Assembly (NCBI GenBank): GCA_007375645.1
Contig: VMER01000003.1
Coordinates: 81,553-145,552 of the forward strand
Source of the DNA: Parcubacteria group bacterium LiPW_15
GTDB lineage: Bacteria; Patescibacteriota; Minisyncoccia; UBA6257; 2-01-FULL-56-20
DNA: 64,000 nucleotides
Direction of reading: 5' to 3'
The notes under the pieces were generated by a model that worked only from the letters and a program-made list of their open reading frames with translations, had not been told where the DNA came from and did no database searches. The position numbers and the translations under genes were made by a program. Positions within the stretch are counted from its first letter, which is position 1, and each line of letters opens with the position of its first letter. Positions 47,107-55,878 of this stretch are shown in pieces.

Positions 47107-47649
47107 GTGAGAGGAAACGCTTCCGCCAACACCCCAAGGGGCAGGAAAGGTGGGAGTGTCATCTACCTCATCGCCTTCCTCTTGCTTGCCGCAGCGATCG
47201 CCTTCGCGGCAGTGAAAGTCTTTTCCGTCATCAACTCGATGGCCAGGTCGGCCGTCACCACGGTCGACGACCGCCTGGGAGTCGAGAAGGCCCTGGCGAA
47301 CATTCCGGGGTCCCACTCCGCGACCAAGGTCAAGCGCCCGGCGCCCTGCTCGGGGATGAATAAGGTCGATCTCGGCTGGTACGACAAGGCGTACCACGAG
47401 AGCGCGGCCGTGTCCCTGCCGCGCGGATGCGCGGTGATGGTCGAGGTTCACCCCGACCCGGCCGCGAGGATCTCTTTCCGGTTCGACAACGGACCGAAGA
47501 ACGATCTCGGCGTCGCGACCAAGAGCAAGTCGTGGCTCATCAAAGCGGGGGACGTTCCCCCATCCATCGACACAGCGAAAGACTACGTGTTTTGGTTCTG
47601 GGACCCCAAAGGCCAGAGCCACCTCGTTCTCCGCGCTGACCGTCTCTAG
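47107..47649 (+). CDS. hypothetical membrane-anchored protein (possible partner of the SPFH protein; NfeD/YqiJ-like by position only)
   Basis: GTG start 1 nt after the upstream stop; a single N-terminal TM segment. Strong terminator at 47682-47708. Confidence 0.4.
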   Translation: MRGNASANTPRGRKGGSVIYLIAFLLLAAAIAFAAVKVFSVINSMARSAVTTVDDRLGVEKALANIPGSHSATKVKRPAPCSGMNKVDLGWYDKAYHESAAVSLPRGCAVMVEVHPDPAARISFRFDNGPKNDLGVATKSKSWLIKAGDVPPSIDTAKDYVFWFWDPKGQSHLVLRADRL

Positions 47650-47681
47650 TTCGTTCAGCTCTTCGCCCCGTATCGGGGCAG

Positions 47682-47708
47682 CCCGGCCTCACGGCCGGGC
47701 TTTTTTAA
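47682..47708 (+). terminator. rho-independent terminator ending the GC-rich island
   Basis: CCCGGCC-TCAC-GGCCGGG followed by TTTTTT. Confidence 0.75.
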
Positions 47709-47775
47709 TACAATAAAAACAAAACCCGCCCGAGCATTTAGCTTGGACGGGTTTTTAAATTCTTGTTAACGGATC

Positions 47776-48192
47776 TTAGTAGCCAACAATGCTCCTTACG
47801 AAGCCGGGCAAGATCGTAGCCAAGAGAGCGACGGCCATAGCCACTACCGCGTAAAGCAACATGTGGCTAGCCTTGCTCACCTTTTCCGGATCACCTCCGG
47901 CAGTAAGATACACGAAGGCGGCATAGATGACCATTATGATGGCAAGCACCCAAAAAGCCCATTTGATGAGCCCGAGCACAGTGCCCTCGATGAAACTCGT
48001 GACGCCCGTGAGGCTTCCGAATGTTCCGCTACCCTGGCCGATCGGCTCGGTTACTATCGCACCGGCAAACAACGGGGCGAGAAGCAATCCGGCGCTGACC
48101 GCGAGTATGAGTGAACCTTTGATTGATTTCTTCATAGTGTAATTCGAGAAGACTCGACCTTTCAATGATTCCAGTTTAGCACAAATATCCAA
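47776..48192 (-). CDS. VirB2/TrbC-like (T4SS pilin-like) small membrane protein
   Basis: Signal peptide, then two hydrophobic helices joined by the turn YLTAGGDPEKVSKAS. Confidence 0.5.
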   Translation of the reverse strand: MDICAKLESLKGRVFSNYTMKKSIKGSLILAVSAGLLLAPLFAGAIVTEPIGQGSGTFGSLTGVTSFIEGTVLGLIKWAFWVLAIIMVIYAAFVYLTAGGDPEKVSKASHMLLYAVVAMAVALLATILPGFVRSIVGY

Positions 48193-48208
48193 GTAAATAA
48201 ATCAAAAC

Positions 48209-48595
48209 CTACTGATTTATGATGTCCGTGATGAGAGACACAACGGATCGGGAGATAAGCACCACCGCAAAACCTATCGCGGAATAGAGAACTGTCTTTC
48301 CTCCGGTCTTTACTTTTTCTGGATCACCCCCGGCGGTCAATATTTGAAATCCTCCCCAAAGAACCATTATGGAAGTAAGGGGAATCGCTATATAGAAAAT
48401 CAGATCCATTATTTTTACGAGTATGCAATCCAGCTGTCCGCAAGTGCCGAAGGGACTGAGATCTTTGAGATCGATAACCTGTTCCCCGCTCGGCGGGAGA
48501 GTCATATCGCCGCTAGCGGCCATCACATATCCTCCGACAGCCAGAAGCGACAAGGTTATACCGACAAAAACAATCGTGCTTATTTTTTTACCCAT
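48209..48595 (-). CDS. VirB2/TrbC-like (T4SS pilin-like) small membrane protein
   Basis: ILTAGGDPEKVKTGGK turn between two helices. The likely start is the ATG at 48595 (MGKKISTIVFVGITLSLLAVGG..); the ORF track extends to 48700 across a large hairpin. Confidence 0.5.
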   Translation of the reverse strand: MGKKISTIVFVGITLSLLAVGGYVMAASGDMTLPPSGEQVIDLKDLSPFGTCGQLDCILVKIMDLIFYIAIPLTSIMVLWGGFQILTAGGDPEKVKTGGKTVLYSAIGFAVVLISRSVVSLITDIINQ

Positions 48596-48608
48596 TTGTT
48601 TAAGTTTA

Positions 48609-48673
48609 CCCCCACACCTAACGAAGAACAAGAAGCCGTTTGCGGATAAATTTTTCGTTAGGTGTGGGGGTTT
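48609..48673. promoter_or_regulatory. 18-bp perfect-stem hairpin (ACCCCCACACCTAACGAA / TTCGTTAGGTGTGGGGGT) with a 29-nt loop, immediately upstream of the pilin-like start at 48595
   Basis: Direct inspection; the arm next to the ATG contains the G-rich SD-like sequence. Confidence 0.5.
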
Positions 48674-48704
48674 ACCCCAACTGCGTCCCGCTAAGAACAA
48701 GATT

Positions 48705-49211
48705 CTATTGTGCGCGGAAAACGCTTTGGCAAAAGCTTAACGGCACGTACTCCCTGTCACCGTCGGACGCCAAAGACGATATAGATATCTTAAGCTTGCA
48801 GAGTTCCTGCTTGCCGGCCCCCAAAATTGCGAAAAGAGAGTTTTCTGCCGCACTCCTTCCAGCCGAAGAGGCCGAAAGATCCATTGCGATCTCAAAGCCG
48901 CTATCCGCTCGATAATAAAGAATGTCGTATCCCGCGGCCCGAGAAACAAGCACTGCTCCGCTCTCCGGTATCGCCGCCTTAGCAGTTTTATAAAAGTTGT
49001 TCACCCAAACTCCCCCGCCGGGACCCTGAAGCAAAATCCTTTCGGAACTCGGCGCGAGAGGAAACGCTTCCGCGATAGACGCTTGCCCCATTGGGCCGCC
49101 TTGCCTATCCGCCGGGCGAAAAACCAAAAGAGCCACGACGAATAAACTCCCGGCAGCGACAACAGCCAATAATTTTAAAAAGATTAGTTTCATTTGAAAA
49201 AAATTCCACAA
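48705..49211 (-). CDS. hypothetical secreted protein, paralog A (…VWVNNFYKTAKAA…)
   Basis: N-terminal signal/TM segment. Shares the NFYKTA motif block and overall architecture with 49190..49738. Confidence 0.45.
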   Translation of the reverse strand: MWNFFQMKLIFLKLLAVVAAGSLFVVALLVFRPADRQGGPMGQASIAEAFPLAPSSERILLQGPGGGVWVNNFYKTAKAAIPESGAVLVSRAAGYDILYYRADSGFEIAMDLSASSAGRSAAENSLFAILGAGKQELCKLKISISSLASDGDREYVPLSFCQSVFRAQ

Positions 49212-49738
49212 AAACTAAGCTTGGCTGGATCGGCTTTCGGCATCGACACGCTAACGGTAAGCCGACAAGCGTCCGCGCGGGAGATCCCCAAGCGGTCAAT
49301 AAGGTCTTTTTCCGCCTCAAGCCTTGTCTTCTGATCTTCAACTCTAACCACAATATCGAAACTCCCGTCGTAAATGGAATAATCCAGCTCGTATTTTTCG
49401 GAAAAAAAGATCACTACTTGGTTTTCCTCGACAACGGCAACCGCGGTTTTATAAAAATTTTTCACCTTAATACCGCCGGTTGGAGTTGAGATCGTGAATG
49501 TATCTCCGGCGGGCGAACCCGCGGGCAAAGAAACCTGCCCGCCCGCGCCTCCCAAGAAATCCATATTCTGCTCTTTGTCTCCGCCCAAAACCGGAACCTC
49601 CGACTCGGTAACCGCCGGAGATTCGGGACGGTTTTTGAACCAAATGATGCCGGCGTAAACCAGACCCACAGCCACCAGCACGGAAAGAACGATTAAGATC
49701 TTCTTCATTTTATTAGTTCCTGTCGCAACCCGCCGCAC
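49190..49738 (-). CDS. hypothetical secreted protein, paralog B (…IKVKNFYKTAVAV…)
   Basis: N-terminal signal/TM segment; paralogous to 48705..49211; overlaps its neighbours by a few codons. Confidence 0.45.
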   Translation of the reverse strand: MRRVATGTNKMKKILIVLSVLVAVGLVYAGIIWFKNRPESPAVTESEVPVLGGDKEQNMDFLGGAGGQVSLPAGSPAGDTFTISTPTGGIKVKNFYKTAVAVVEENQVVIFFSEKYELDYSIYDGSFDIVVRVEDQKTRLEAEKDLIDRLGISRADACRLTVSVSMPKADPAKLSFCGIFFK

Positions 49739-50540
49739 TTACGTGAACGTGTGTAGCGTCGGCGCAGCCAACTTTTTGACCGGCCGCGTTTTCACAACGC
49801 GCGCCGCCGGATTTTGCACCGCACTGATTAGCCGCAGAAACGATAGCTTCGAAATATTTTGCCTTATCGCTGCCGCTCTTCCCGGCTCCGCCATAGTCCA
49901 CCGCCAAAGCGCCGTCGCTGCCGGATGAACCGCCGTAATGGCAGGAGTTTTTCGTGTGGCTGCACCTACCGCTCGGCTCGCATCCCGGAGTTCCTCTCGT
50001 ATAGTTGCACGATGAATGATCTATATCGTACGTGAATTTGCTGCCGGGTATGGAGCCGACTTTCCCCTGGATACAGCCCATTACATTCTGCAGCTCCGAA
50101 GAATTTCTTGCCGGATAAGCAGTATTGTTTTTCTGCGCCAAAGTTTGAGGATCACATTTTGCTCCGCAAGTTATTGTCGGCTCGCAGGTTGCCCTGGGAT
50201 CTAGGCTTGAACATACGCCATCGCAATCCTCAGTTTTAAAACAACTGTCTCCCACCGCCGCTCCGTCCACCTTACAGGCATATTGCGGCACCTCTCCCGC
50301 CGTCGTACTCGTGGGCGAGACGATTTGGCTCAACTTCGGTATCTGAAGGATGGTAAGCTCTGGATTAATGGTGTTTAGAATGACAAAGGCACCTCCCAGA
50401 AGTACCAGTCCCCAAAGAGCCTGGGTTATCTGGTCTTTGGCATCGCTTATGACTCCAGGATTACCCTGAGAAGCAGTCCACTTTATACCTGCATAGAGGA
50501 GGCTCAGAAAAATGAGCGTTAAAAAAACTTTTTTCTTCAT
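49713..50540 (-). CDS. secreted protein with a pilin-like N-terminal helix/turn and a Cys-rich (more than 20 Cys) C-terminal domain
   Basis: ATG at 50540 (MKKKVFLTLIFLSLLYAG..), 2 nt after the upstream stop. ..WTASQGNPGVISDAKDQI.. turn and second helix, then a CxxC/CDG-rich domain of about 200 aa. Confidence 0.45.
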   Translation of the reverse strand: MKKKVFLTLIFLSLLYAGIKWTASQGNPGVISDAKDQITQALWGLVLLGGAFVILNTINPELTILQIPKLSQIVSPTSTTAGEVPQYACKVDGAAVGDSCFKTEDCDGVCSSLDPRATCEPTITCGAKCDPQTLAQKNNTAYPARNSSELQNVMGCIQGKVGSIPGSKFTYDIDHSSCNYTRGTPGCEPSGRCSHTKNSCHYGGSSGSDGALAVDYGGAGKSGSDKAKYFEAIVSAANQCGAKSGGARCENAAGQKVGCADATHVHVSAAGCDRN

Positions 50541-50541
50541 T

Positions 50542-50997
50542 TTATTTACAACGTATCTCCGACCAGCTGGACTGCTGCATATTCGCAACCGTCGGGAACG
50601 TCCAACCGATAAGAGAAAAGAAAGTATTAACAATAATAAACGCACCGACCGTGATGGCGATTCCTATAACCGTCGAAAGAAGCATCTTCCTGGCGTCGCT
50701 CACTTCAGTCGCGTTTCCCCTGGCAAGCATTATCCGCACACCGCCCCAGATGAGAAAAAGTGGCGCGATGATATAGATGGCAATGGTCATCGCCATTTTT
50801 ACGATGTTCTGCCCGGTTACCAACAGATCGCAAAAACTCGTGCATTGGGGCAAAGCCGAACCCGGCTGCGGCGAACCGCTGCAAGAAACTATCGGCCCCC
50901 AATACGGAGAAAAAGCTCCGGCGGAAGCAAGTGCAGGCACAAGCAAGGAGGCGAAAATCAAAGCAAGAGCCGGTATCGCGAAATATATTTTCCTCAT
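50542..50997 (-). CDS. VirB2/TrbC-like (T4SS pilin-like) small membrane protein
   Basis: Signal peptide, a short Cys-containing segment, then two helices joined by IMLARGNATEVSDARKM. Confidence 0.5.
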   Translation of the reverse strand: MRKIYFAIPALALIFASLLVPALASAGAFSPYWGPIVSCSGSPQPGSALPQCTSFCDLLVTGQNIVKMAMTIAIYIIAPLFLIWGGVRIMLARGNATEVSDARKMLLSTVIGIAITVGAFIIVNTFFSLIGWTFPTVANMQQSSWSEIRCK

Positions 50998-51035
50998 TGG
51001 TATTTGTTAAATTTTTACTCCCTGATGGCTAGTTT

Positions 51036-52322
51036 CTATCTGAGCGCAGTCACGCCGTCCTCCGCTTCCTTGAGCGCCTGAGCGGAATCTTTTTGTCCAG
51101 AGACAACAGCCGAGATGGCACTCGTAAATATTTCTTTTATCTTATCATAATCTGGCGTATACCAAGACCGGGCGATAAGCGATTGTTTAACAAAAACTCC
51201 AAGGTCGGGGTCGTTCAGGTTGCTCGCGATTATCGAACGGAGCGCCGGAGGACGGCCGGTAACGCCAAGATAAGAATACGAACCGGAATCTTGCGCGGCT
51301 ACAAAATTTATAAAATCCCAAGCGCCTGCGGAATATTGGCTCTGCTTGGACACCGCGAGCCCCCAGTAATTCGGATATGCGGCGGTCGTGCTTGCGGATA
51401 TCTGCGGAACCGGAGCGATAGAAAATCTGAGATACGGGCTGACTCTTTTTATATCCGCGACATCGTTCGAATAGGCGAAAGCCATTGCGGCCTTCCCCCC
51501 GGCAAAAGCGTTCAGGGAATCCTGCTGTGCTTCATTCCAGGTGTAATTTGAATCTCCGGGGTTAGAAAAAGAAAGATAAAAATTGAAGGCTTGGGAACCC
51601 GAAGAATTCTTGCCGCCCGCGAACGAAGCCCCCGACAGATCCTGGTTCCACATCTTGGTCCCGTTTTGGATCATTATCATGTTTAAAATATCGGTCGCGT
51701 AATCTACGCTCTTTTCGGAACCGCCGATAGCCGCGCCGGCGATTTGGATCTGGGTTTTTTCGTTCAACACCCTAAGCTTGTTCGAATCATCCGCAAATTC
51801 CTGCCAGGTAGACGGCGGAGAGACAATCAGCGTCCGGTCAAACATGTCCAGATTGTAGACTAGCGCCAAAGTATCTATATATAGTGGAAGCGCATAGACC
51901 GTTCCGTTTATGGAAAAATCTTCGGCCACAACGGAGGGATATAGTTGATTCAAATTATTAACGTTCATGACTTCTTGGCCTACGGGAACGATCAGATTAG
52001 CAAGTTTGGCCAAAGAGCGATTGGATACATAAAAAATGTCCGGTCCCCGTTGCGCCGCCAAGGCTTTTATAAGTTCGCTTTCGTAATTCGCCGGATCGAT
52101 CTTAACGTAGCTGATGGAGGAAGCGTTGTTGTGAAGCTTGTTATAGGCCTCGATAGCGCCGCCAAAACTATTTGCTCCGTCCACGCCCCAGATCGTAAGT
52201 TTCGGCGCGGCGGTTCCGCCGACCGGTCCTTTGGAACCTAAGGTCAGTATTAAAATCACGCCGATAACCACCAAGGCTATCACGCCGATAACTATCATTT
52301 TCCCTTTTGACATCGGTTGCAT
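51036..52322 (-). CDS. extracellular solute-binding protein, ABC-transporter family 1 (sugar-binding-like); no permease or ATPase nearby
   Basis: N-terminal TM/signal segment; 428 aa with a two-lobe SBP_bac_1-like layout. Its start abuts the gyrA stop. Confidence 0.65.
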   Translation of the reverse strand: MQPMSKGKMIVIGVIALVVIGVILILTLGSKGPVGGTAAPKLTIWGVDGANSFGGAIEAYNKLHNNASSISYVKIDPANYESELIKALAAQRGPDIFYVSNRSLAKLANLIVPVGQEVMNVNNLNQLYPSVVAEDFSINGTVYALPLYIDTLALVYNLDMFDRTLIVSPPSTWQEFADDSNKLRVLNEKTQIQIAGAAIGGSEKSVDYATDILNMIMIQNGTKMWNQDLSGASFAGGKNSSGSQAFNFYLSFSNPGDSNYTWNEAQQDSLNAFAGGKAAMAFAYSNDVADIKRVSPYLRFSIAPVPQISASTTAAYPNYWGLAVSKQSQYSAGAWDFINFVAAQDSGSYSYLGVTGRPPALRSIIASNLNDPDLGVFVKQSLIARSWYTPDYDKIKEIFTSAISAVVSGQKDSAQALKEAEDGVTALR

Positions 52323-54752
52323 TTAGAGGATCGCTATAGCGGCAAGCTTGTCGCCGGACTTCAGATCCATCACTCTCACTCCCTGCGCGGACCGTCCGGT
52401 CTTTCTCACCCCGCTAAGCTCGGTTCTGATGACCTGGCCTTTTTGAGAGAGAGCGAAAAGGTCTTCTTCTTCGTAGACTATGCGGCTGGCGATAAGCTTT
52501 CCGGTCTTCGCAGTGATATTCGCGGTTTTTATTCCGCTGCCTCCGCGATTCTGAACTTTGTATTCGGATAACGTCGTTTGCTTTCCGAAACCGTTTGCCA
52601 TTAACACCAGCACATTCGTCTTCTTCGCATCTACTCCTTTATTGATTATATCAAAGCCGGCGACAGAATCGTCTTTCTTGAGCTTAATGGCGCGCACACC
52701 GGCCGCGGTCCTGCCCATCGGCCTGGCCTGTGATTCCTTAAAGCGGATGGACTGTCCGCCTTCGGTGGCCATGAGTATCTCATCCGATCCGCTTGTTAAT
52801 CTGGCCCACTTTAGGAAGTCGCCCTTCTTAAGCGAAATGGCGATAATTCCGGTGCGGCGGATGTTCGCGAAATCCTGAAGCGGAGTTTTCTTTATAAGTC
52901 CGTCCTTGGTAGCCAACACCAGGAATTTGGCATCTTCTTTTTTGGCGGAATAAGTAACGATAGCCGCGATCTTCTCCTCCGAAGGCATCTCTAGGAAATT
53001 GTGGACCGCCCTGCCTTTTGAGGTTCGGCTCGCCGCGGGGATCTCGTGAACTTTGGTTTGGAAAACCCGGCCGTGATCGGTAAAGAAAAGAACTTGGTCG
53101 TGGGTGTGGGCGCTCACAAACTGCGTCAGGAAGTCTTCTTCCTGAACGTCGGAACCGATAAGCCCTTTGCCTCCGCGCCGCTGGCTCGAGAAGGTGTCCG
53201 GTGGAAGCCTCTTAATATATCCTCCCGCGGAGAGGGTTATCATCGCTTCTTCCTGCGGGATAAGATCTTCGTCGGTCATGGTGGTCAGCCCCACGGGAAC
53301 CACCTCGGTGCGGCGCTTATCGCCAAACTTTTCCTTAAGATCTTTAATCTCCTGCTTGATTATCGCAAGCATTTTAGTCGTGCTTTTCAAAATTAGCTCA
53401 AGCTCTTTAATGAGTGCGAGCTTCTCTTTGAGCTCATCTTCTATTTTTTGTCTTTCGAGAGCAGCCAAAGTCTGTAAGCGCATTTCCAAAATCGCGTTCG
53501 CCTGAATCTCGGTGAGCTTAAAGCCCTTTATTAAATTCGCCCTGGCGTCATCGCGATCCTTGGACTTCTTGATGGTCTGAATAACTTTATCAATGGAACC
53601 GAGCGCCTTGTGCAAGCCTTCCAATATGTGGGCCCGCTCCTTGGCTTTTTTGAGATCGAATTCCGTTCTTCGGCGAACCACTATCTTTCTGTAGGCAAGA
53701 TATTCGACGAGAATATCGCGAAGCGACAAAGTTCGCGGAACCAATCCGTTTTCCACCAGCGCCACCATGTTCAAATGAAAATCTTTTTGGAGATTGGTGT
53801 GTTTATAAAGTTGGTTCAGAACTTTTTGCGGGGCGGCATCATTCTTGAGTTCGATAACCACGCGCAAGCCCTCGCGGTCGGATTCGTCGCGCAGGTCCCT
53901 GATACCTTCGATCTTTTTATCCACTACAAGTTCGGCTATCTGCTTCACCATCTCCGACTTGTTGACCATGTAGGGGATCTCGGTAATCACAATATCATAT
54001 TGATCTTTCTTTCTTTCCTCTATGGTCGCCTTGGCGCGGGTAACGACCGCACCGCGGCCGGTGCGATAAGCTTCTTTAATGGCTTTTTCGTCAAAAATTA
54101 CTCCGCCGGTCGGGAAATCCGGTCCTTTCACGAATTTCAAAAGATCGTCTACCGTGGCATCGTCATTGTCCGCCAAATAAAGTATCGCGTCCGCGATCTC
54201 GCCCAAGTTGTGCGGAGGAATACTGGTGGCCATACCGACCGCGATACCGAGAGTCCCATTTAAAAGCAAATTCGGAAGTTTGGCGGGTAAAACGCTGGGC
54301 TCAACCTTCGTCGCATCATAGTTCGGCACCCAATCCACGGTTTCTTTTTCAATATCCGTAAGCATCTCCCCGGAAATTTTTGCGAGCTTGGCCTCGGTAT
54401 AGCGGTGAGCGGCAGCTGCGTCGCCATCGATGGAACCGAAGTTTCCTTGGCCGAATACCAGCGGATAGCGCAAAGAAAAATCCTGGGCCAGGCGCACCAT
54501 GGTGTCGTATATCGCGGAATCTCCGTGCGGATGGTATTTGGCCATCACGTCTCCGACTACGGTCGCGCTCTTTCTGAACCTGGAGCTGTAATCCAGCCCG
54601 CTTTCCCACATAGACCAAAGAATGCGGCGCTGCACAGGCTTCAAGCCGTCGCGGACATCCGGCAAGGCGCGCGAAATTATCACGGACATCGCGTAGTCCA
54701 GATATGAATCCTGAAGCTCTTTGGTTATTTCTCTTTTTTGTATCTCGGACAT
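52323..54752 (-). CDS. gyrA: DNA gyrase subunit A
   Basis: N-terminal ..[14 protein letters not shown].. with active-site Tyr context, then C-terminal beta-pinwheel repeats; 809 aa. Confidence 0.9.
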   Translation of the reverse strand: MSEIQKREITKELQDSYLDYAMSVIISRALPDVRDGLKPVQRRILWSMWESGLDYSSRFRKSATVVGDVMAKYHPHGDSAIYDTMVRLAQDFSLRYPLVFGQGNFGSIDGDAAAAHRYTEAKLAKISGEMLTDIEKETVDWVPNYDATKVEPSVLPAKLPNLLLNGTLGIAVGMATSIPPHNLGEIADAILYLADNDDATVDDLLKFVKGPDFPTGGVIFDEKAIKEAYRTGRGAVVTRAKATIEERKKDQYDIVITEIPYMVNKSEMVKQIAELVVDKKIEGIRDLRDESDREGLRVVIELKNDAAPQKVLNQLYKHTNLQKDFHLNMVALVENGLVPRTLSLRDILVEYLAYRKIVVRRRTEFDLKKAKERAHILEGLHKALGSIDKVIQTIKKSKDRDDARANLIKGFKLTEIQANAILEMRLQTLAALERQKIEDELKEKLALIKELELILKSTTKMLAIIKQEIKDLKEKFGDKRRTEVVPVGLTTMTDEDLIPQEEAMITLSAGGYIKRLPPDTFSSQRRGGKGLIGSDVQEEDFLTQFVSAHTHDQVLFFTDHGRVFQTKVHEIPAASRTSKGRAVHNFLEMPSEEKIAAIVTYSAKKEDAKFLVLATKDGLIKKTPLQDFANIRRTGIIAISLKKGDFLKWARLTSGSDEILMATEGGQSIRFKESQARPMGRTAAGVRAIKLKKDDSVAGFDIINKGVDAKKTNVLVLMANGFGKQTTLSEYKVQNRGGSGIKTANITAKTGKLIASRIVYEEEDLFALSQKGQVIRTELSGVRKTGRSAQGVRVMDLKSGDKLAAIAIL

Positions 54753-54798
54753 AGCTTGGTAGGTAGTGGTTAGTAAATAGTTATTAGAAGCTTATTCT

Positions 54799-55005
54799 TT
54801 ATTTCTTGGCCGATTTTATTATTTCGTTAAAGCCCCGTCCGATATCCTTGAAAACTGAATCTGTCGGCGCATTCGCGTTGCCCGGAAAGAAAAAGATTAT
54901 CCAGAAAATTGCGACTACTACCGTTACGATTATCGCCGCCCAAACGGTTATTTTCCTTTTTTCCTCCGGAGACTTCTCGCGGAGTTTTACAATGAATCCG
55001 CTCAC
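54799..55005 (-). CDS. small hypothetical membrane protein (68 aa)
   Basis: One TM helix (VWAAIIVTVVVAIFWIIFFF). Confidence 0.3.
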   Translation of the reverse strand: MSGFIVKLREKSPEEKRKITVWAAIIVTVVVAIFWIIFFFPGNANAPTDSVFKDIGRGFNEIIKSAKK

Positions 55006-55009
55006 GTTG

Positions 55010-55576
55010 TTATTTTTCTTGAAGGACCACCAGCTCTATCTTTCCTCGCTCCAGATCTTTCTTCTTGCACACGAACTTTTCCTGTAATTCCACCTTTTTT
55101 TCGAAAGCTTTCCCGAGTTCGTTCACGTTGCCGTAGCGGGAAGGGATTACCACCGCCGGCTCAAGCTGTTTCGCGAGCTTATCGGCATCCTCGGGGGAGA
55201 GATACTTTCCTTTCTCCGCGGGCAATATCAATATGTCCGGCTCTTCCAGGCGCTCCAATACCTCTACTGGAGGAATTTTTTTGGCGTCACCCAAGATCGC
55301 AATCTTAATTCCTTCCATCGTGACGAGATACGCGGTGCGAACTTTATTCCCGCTCGATTCCTCTGGAATTTGCGCGCCGACTATTTCTATGCCGTGCGCT
55401 TCGTATTCGCCGGGAAAATTAATAGTGTCCTGCGAAAAAACTTCTCCTTCTTTTAATTCCGAAGAAGTAAAAAGATAAACGTCCGCCTTAAGCCGATTTC
55501 CTTCCGGGTCGATAAGAAGAGAGATCTCCCCGCTCTGTAGTCGGAGGGTTCCATTGCCGAAGTAGTTGATTACCAT
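55010..55576 (-). CDS. MBL-fold-like hydrolase (degenerate metal-binding motif)
   Basis: ..SLLIDPEG..DVYLFTSSE.. in the position of HxHxDH. Size and secondary-structure pattern fit Lactamase_B_3-like proteins. Confidence 0.35.
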   Translation of the reverse strand: MVINYFGNGTLRLQSGEISLLIDPEGNRLKADVYLFTSSELKEGEVFSQDTINFPGEYEAHGIEIVGAQIPEESSGNKVRTAYLVTMEGIKIAILGDAKKIPPVEVLERLEEPDILILPAEKGKYLSPEDADKLAKQLEPAVVIPSRYGNVNELGKAFEKKVELQEKFVCKKKDLERGKIELVVLQEK

Positions 55577-55878
55577 GAAAAATTAATTAGTAGCCCCGAC
55601 GCTTTGGTCGGGGTCCCGACCTCCGTCGTACGGAGCGTCGGGATTGATGACCACAAGAAATAGTTAGTCGTTAGTAGTGGGCAGAAATGTAACCCTAAAG
55701 CTCATTAATTGTAGCAAAAAAATAGGTCGTTTACCAGCCCCCTACTTGCCAAAAACCCATGCAATTGTTAGTATTTTTGCACCCTCCAAGCTTCATAAGA
55801 AGTCTGGCGGGCAAGCTTGCTAACCCCGCCTCGTCAGCGCCGGAAGCAAGTAAGATAAATCCAAATAAAAACGACCAA

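Noticed and set aside
46071-47622. Long antisense and alternative-frame ORFs (46071..47162 minus, 363 aa; 46244..47110 plus, 288 aa; 47011..47622 minus)
   Set aside because: They lie inside the SPFH-island genes, which have strong SDs and a coherent domain pattern. The antisense products are Arg/Gly/Asp-rich low-complexity sequences typical of high-GC artefacts.
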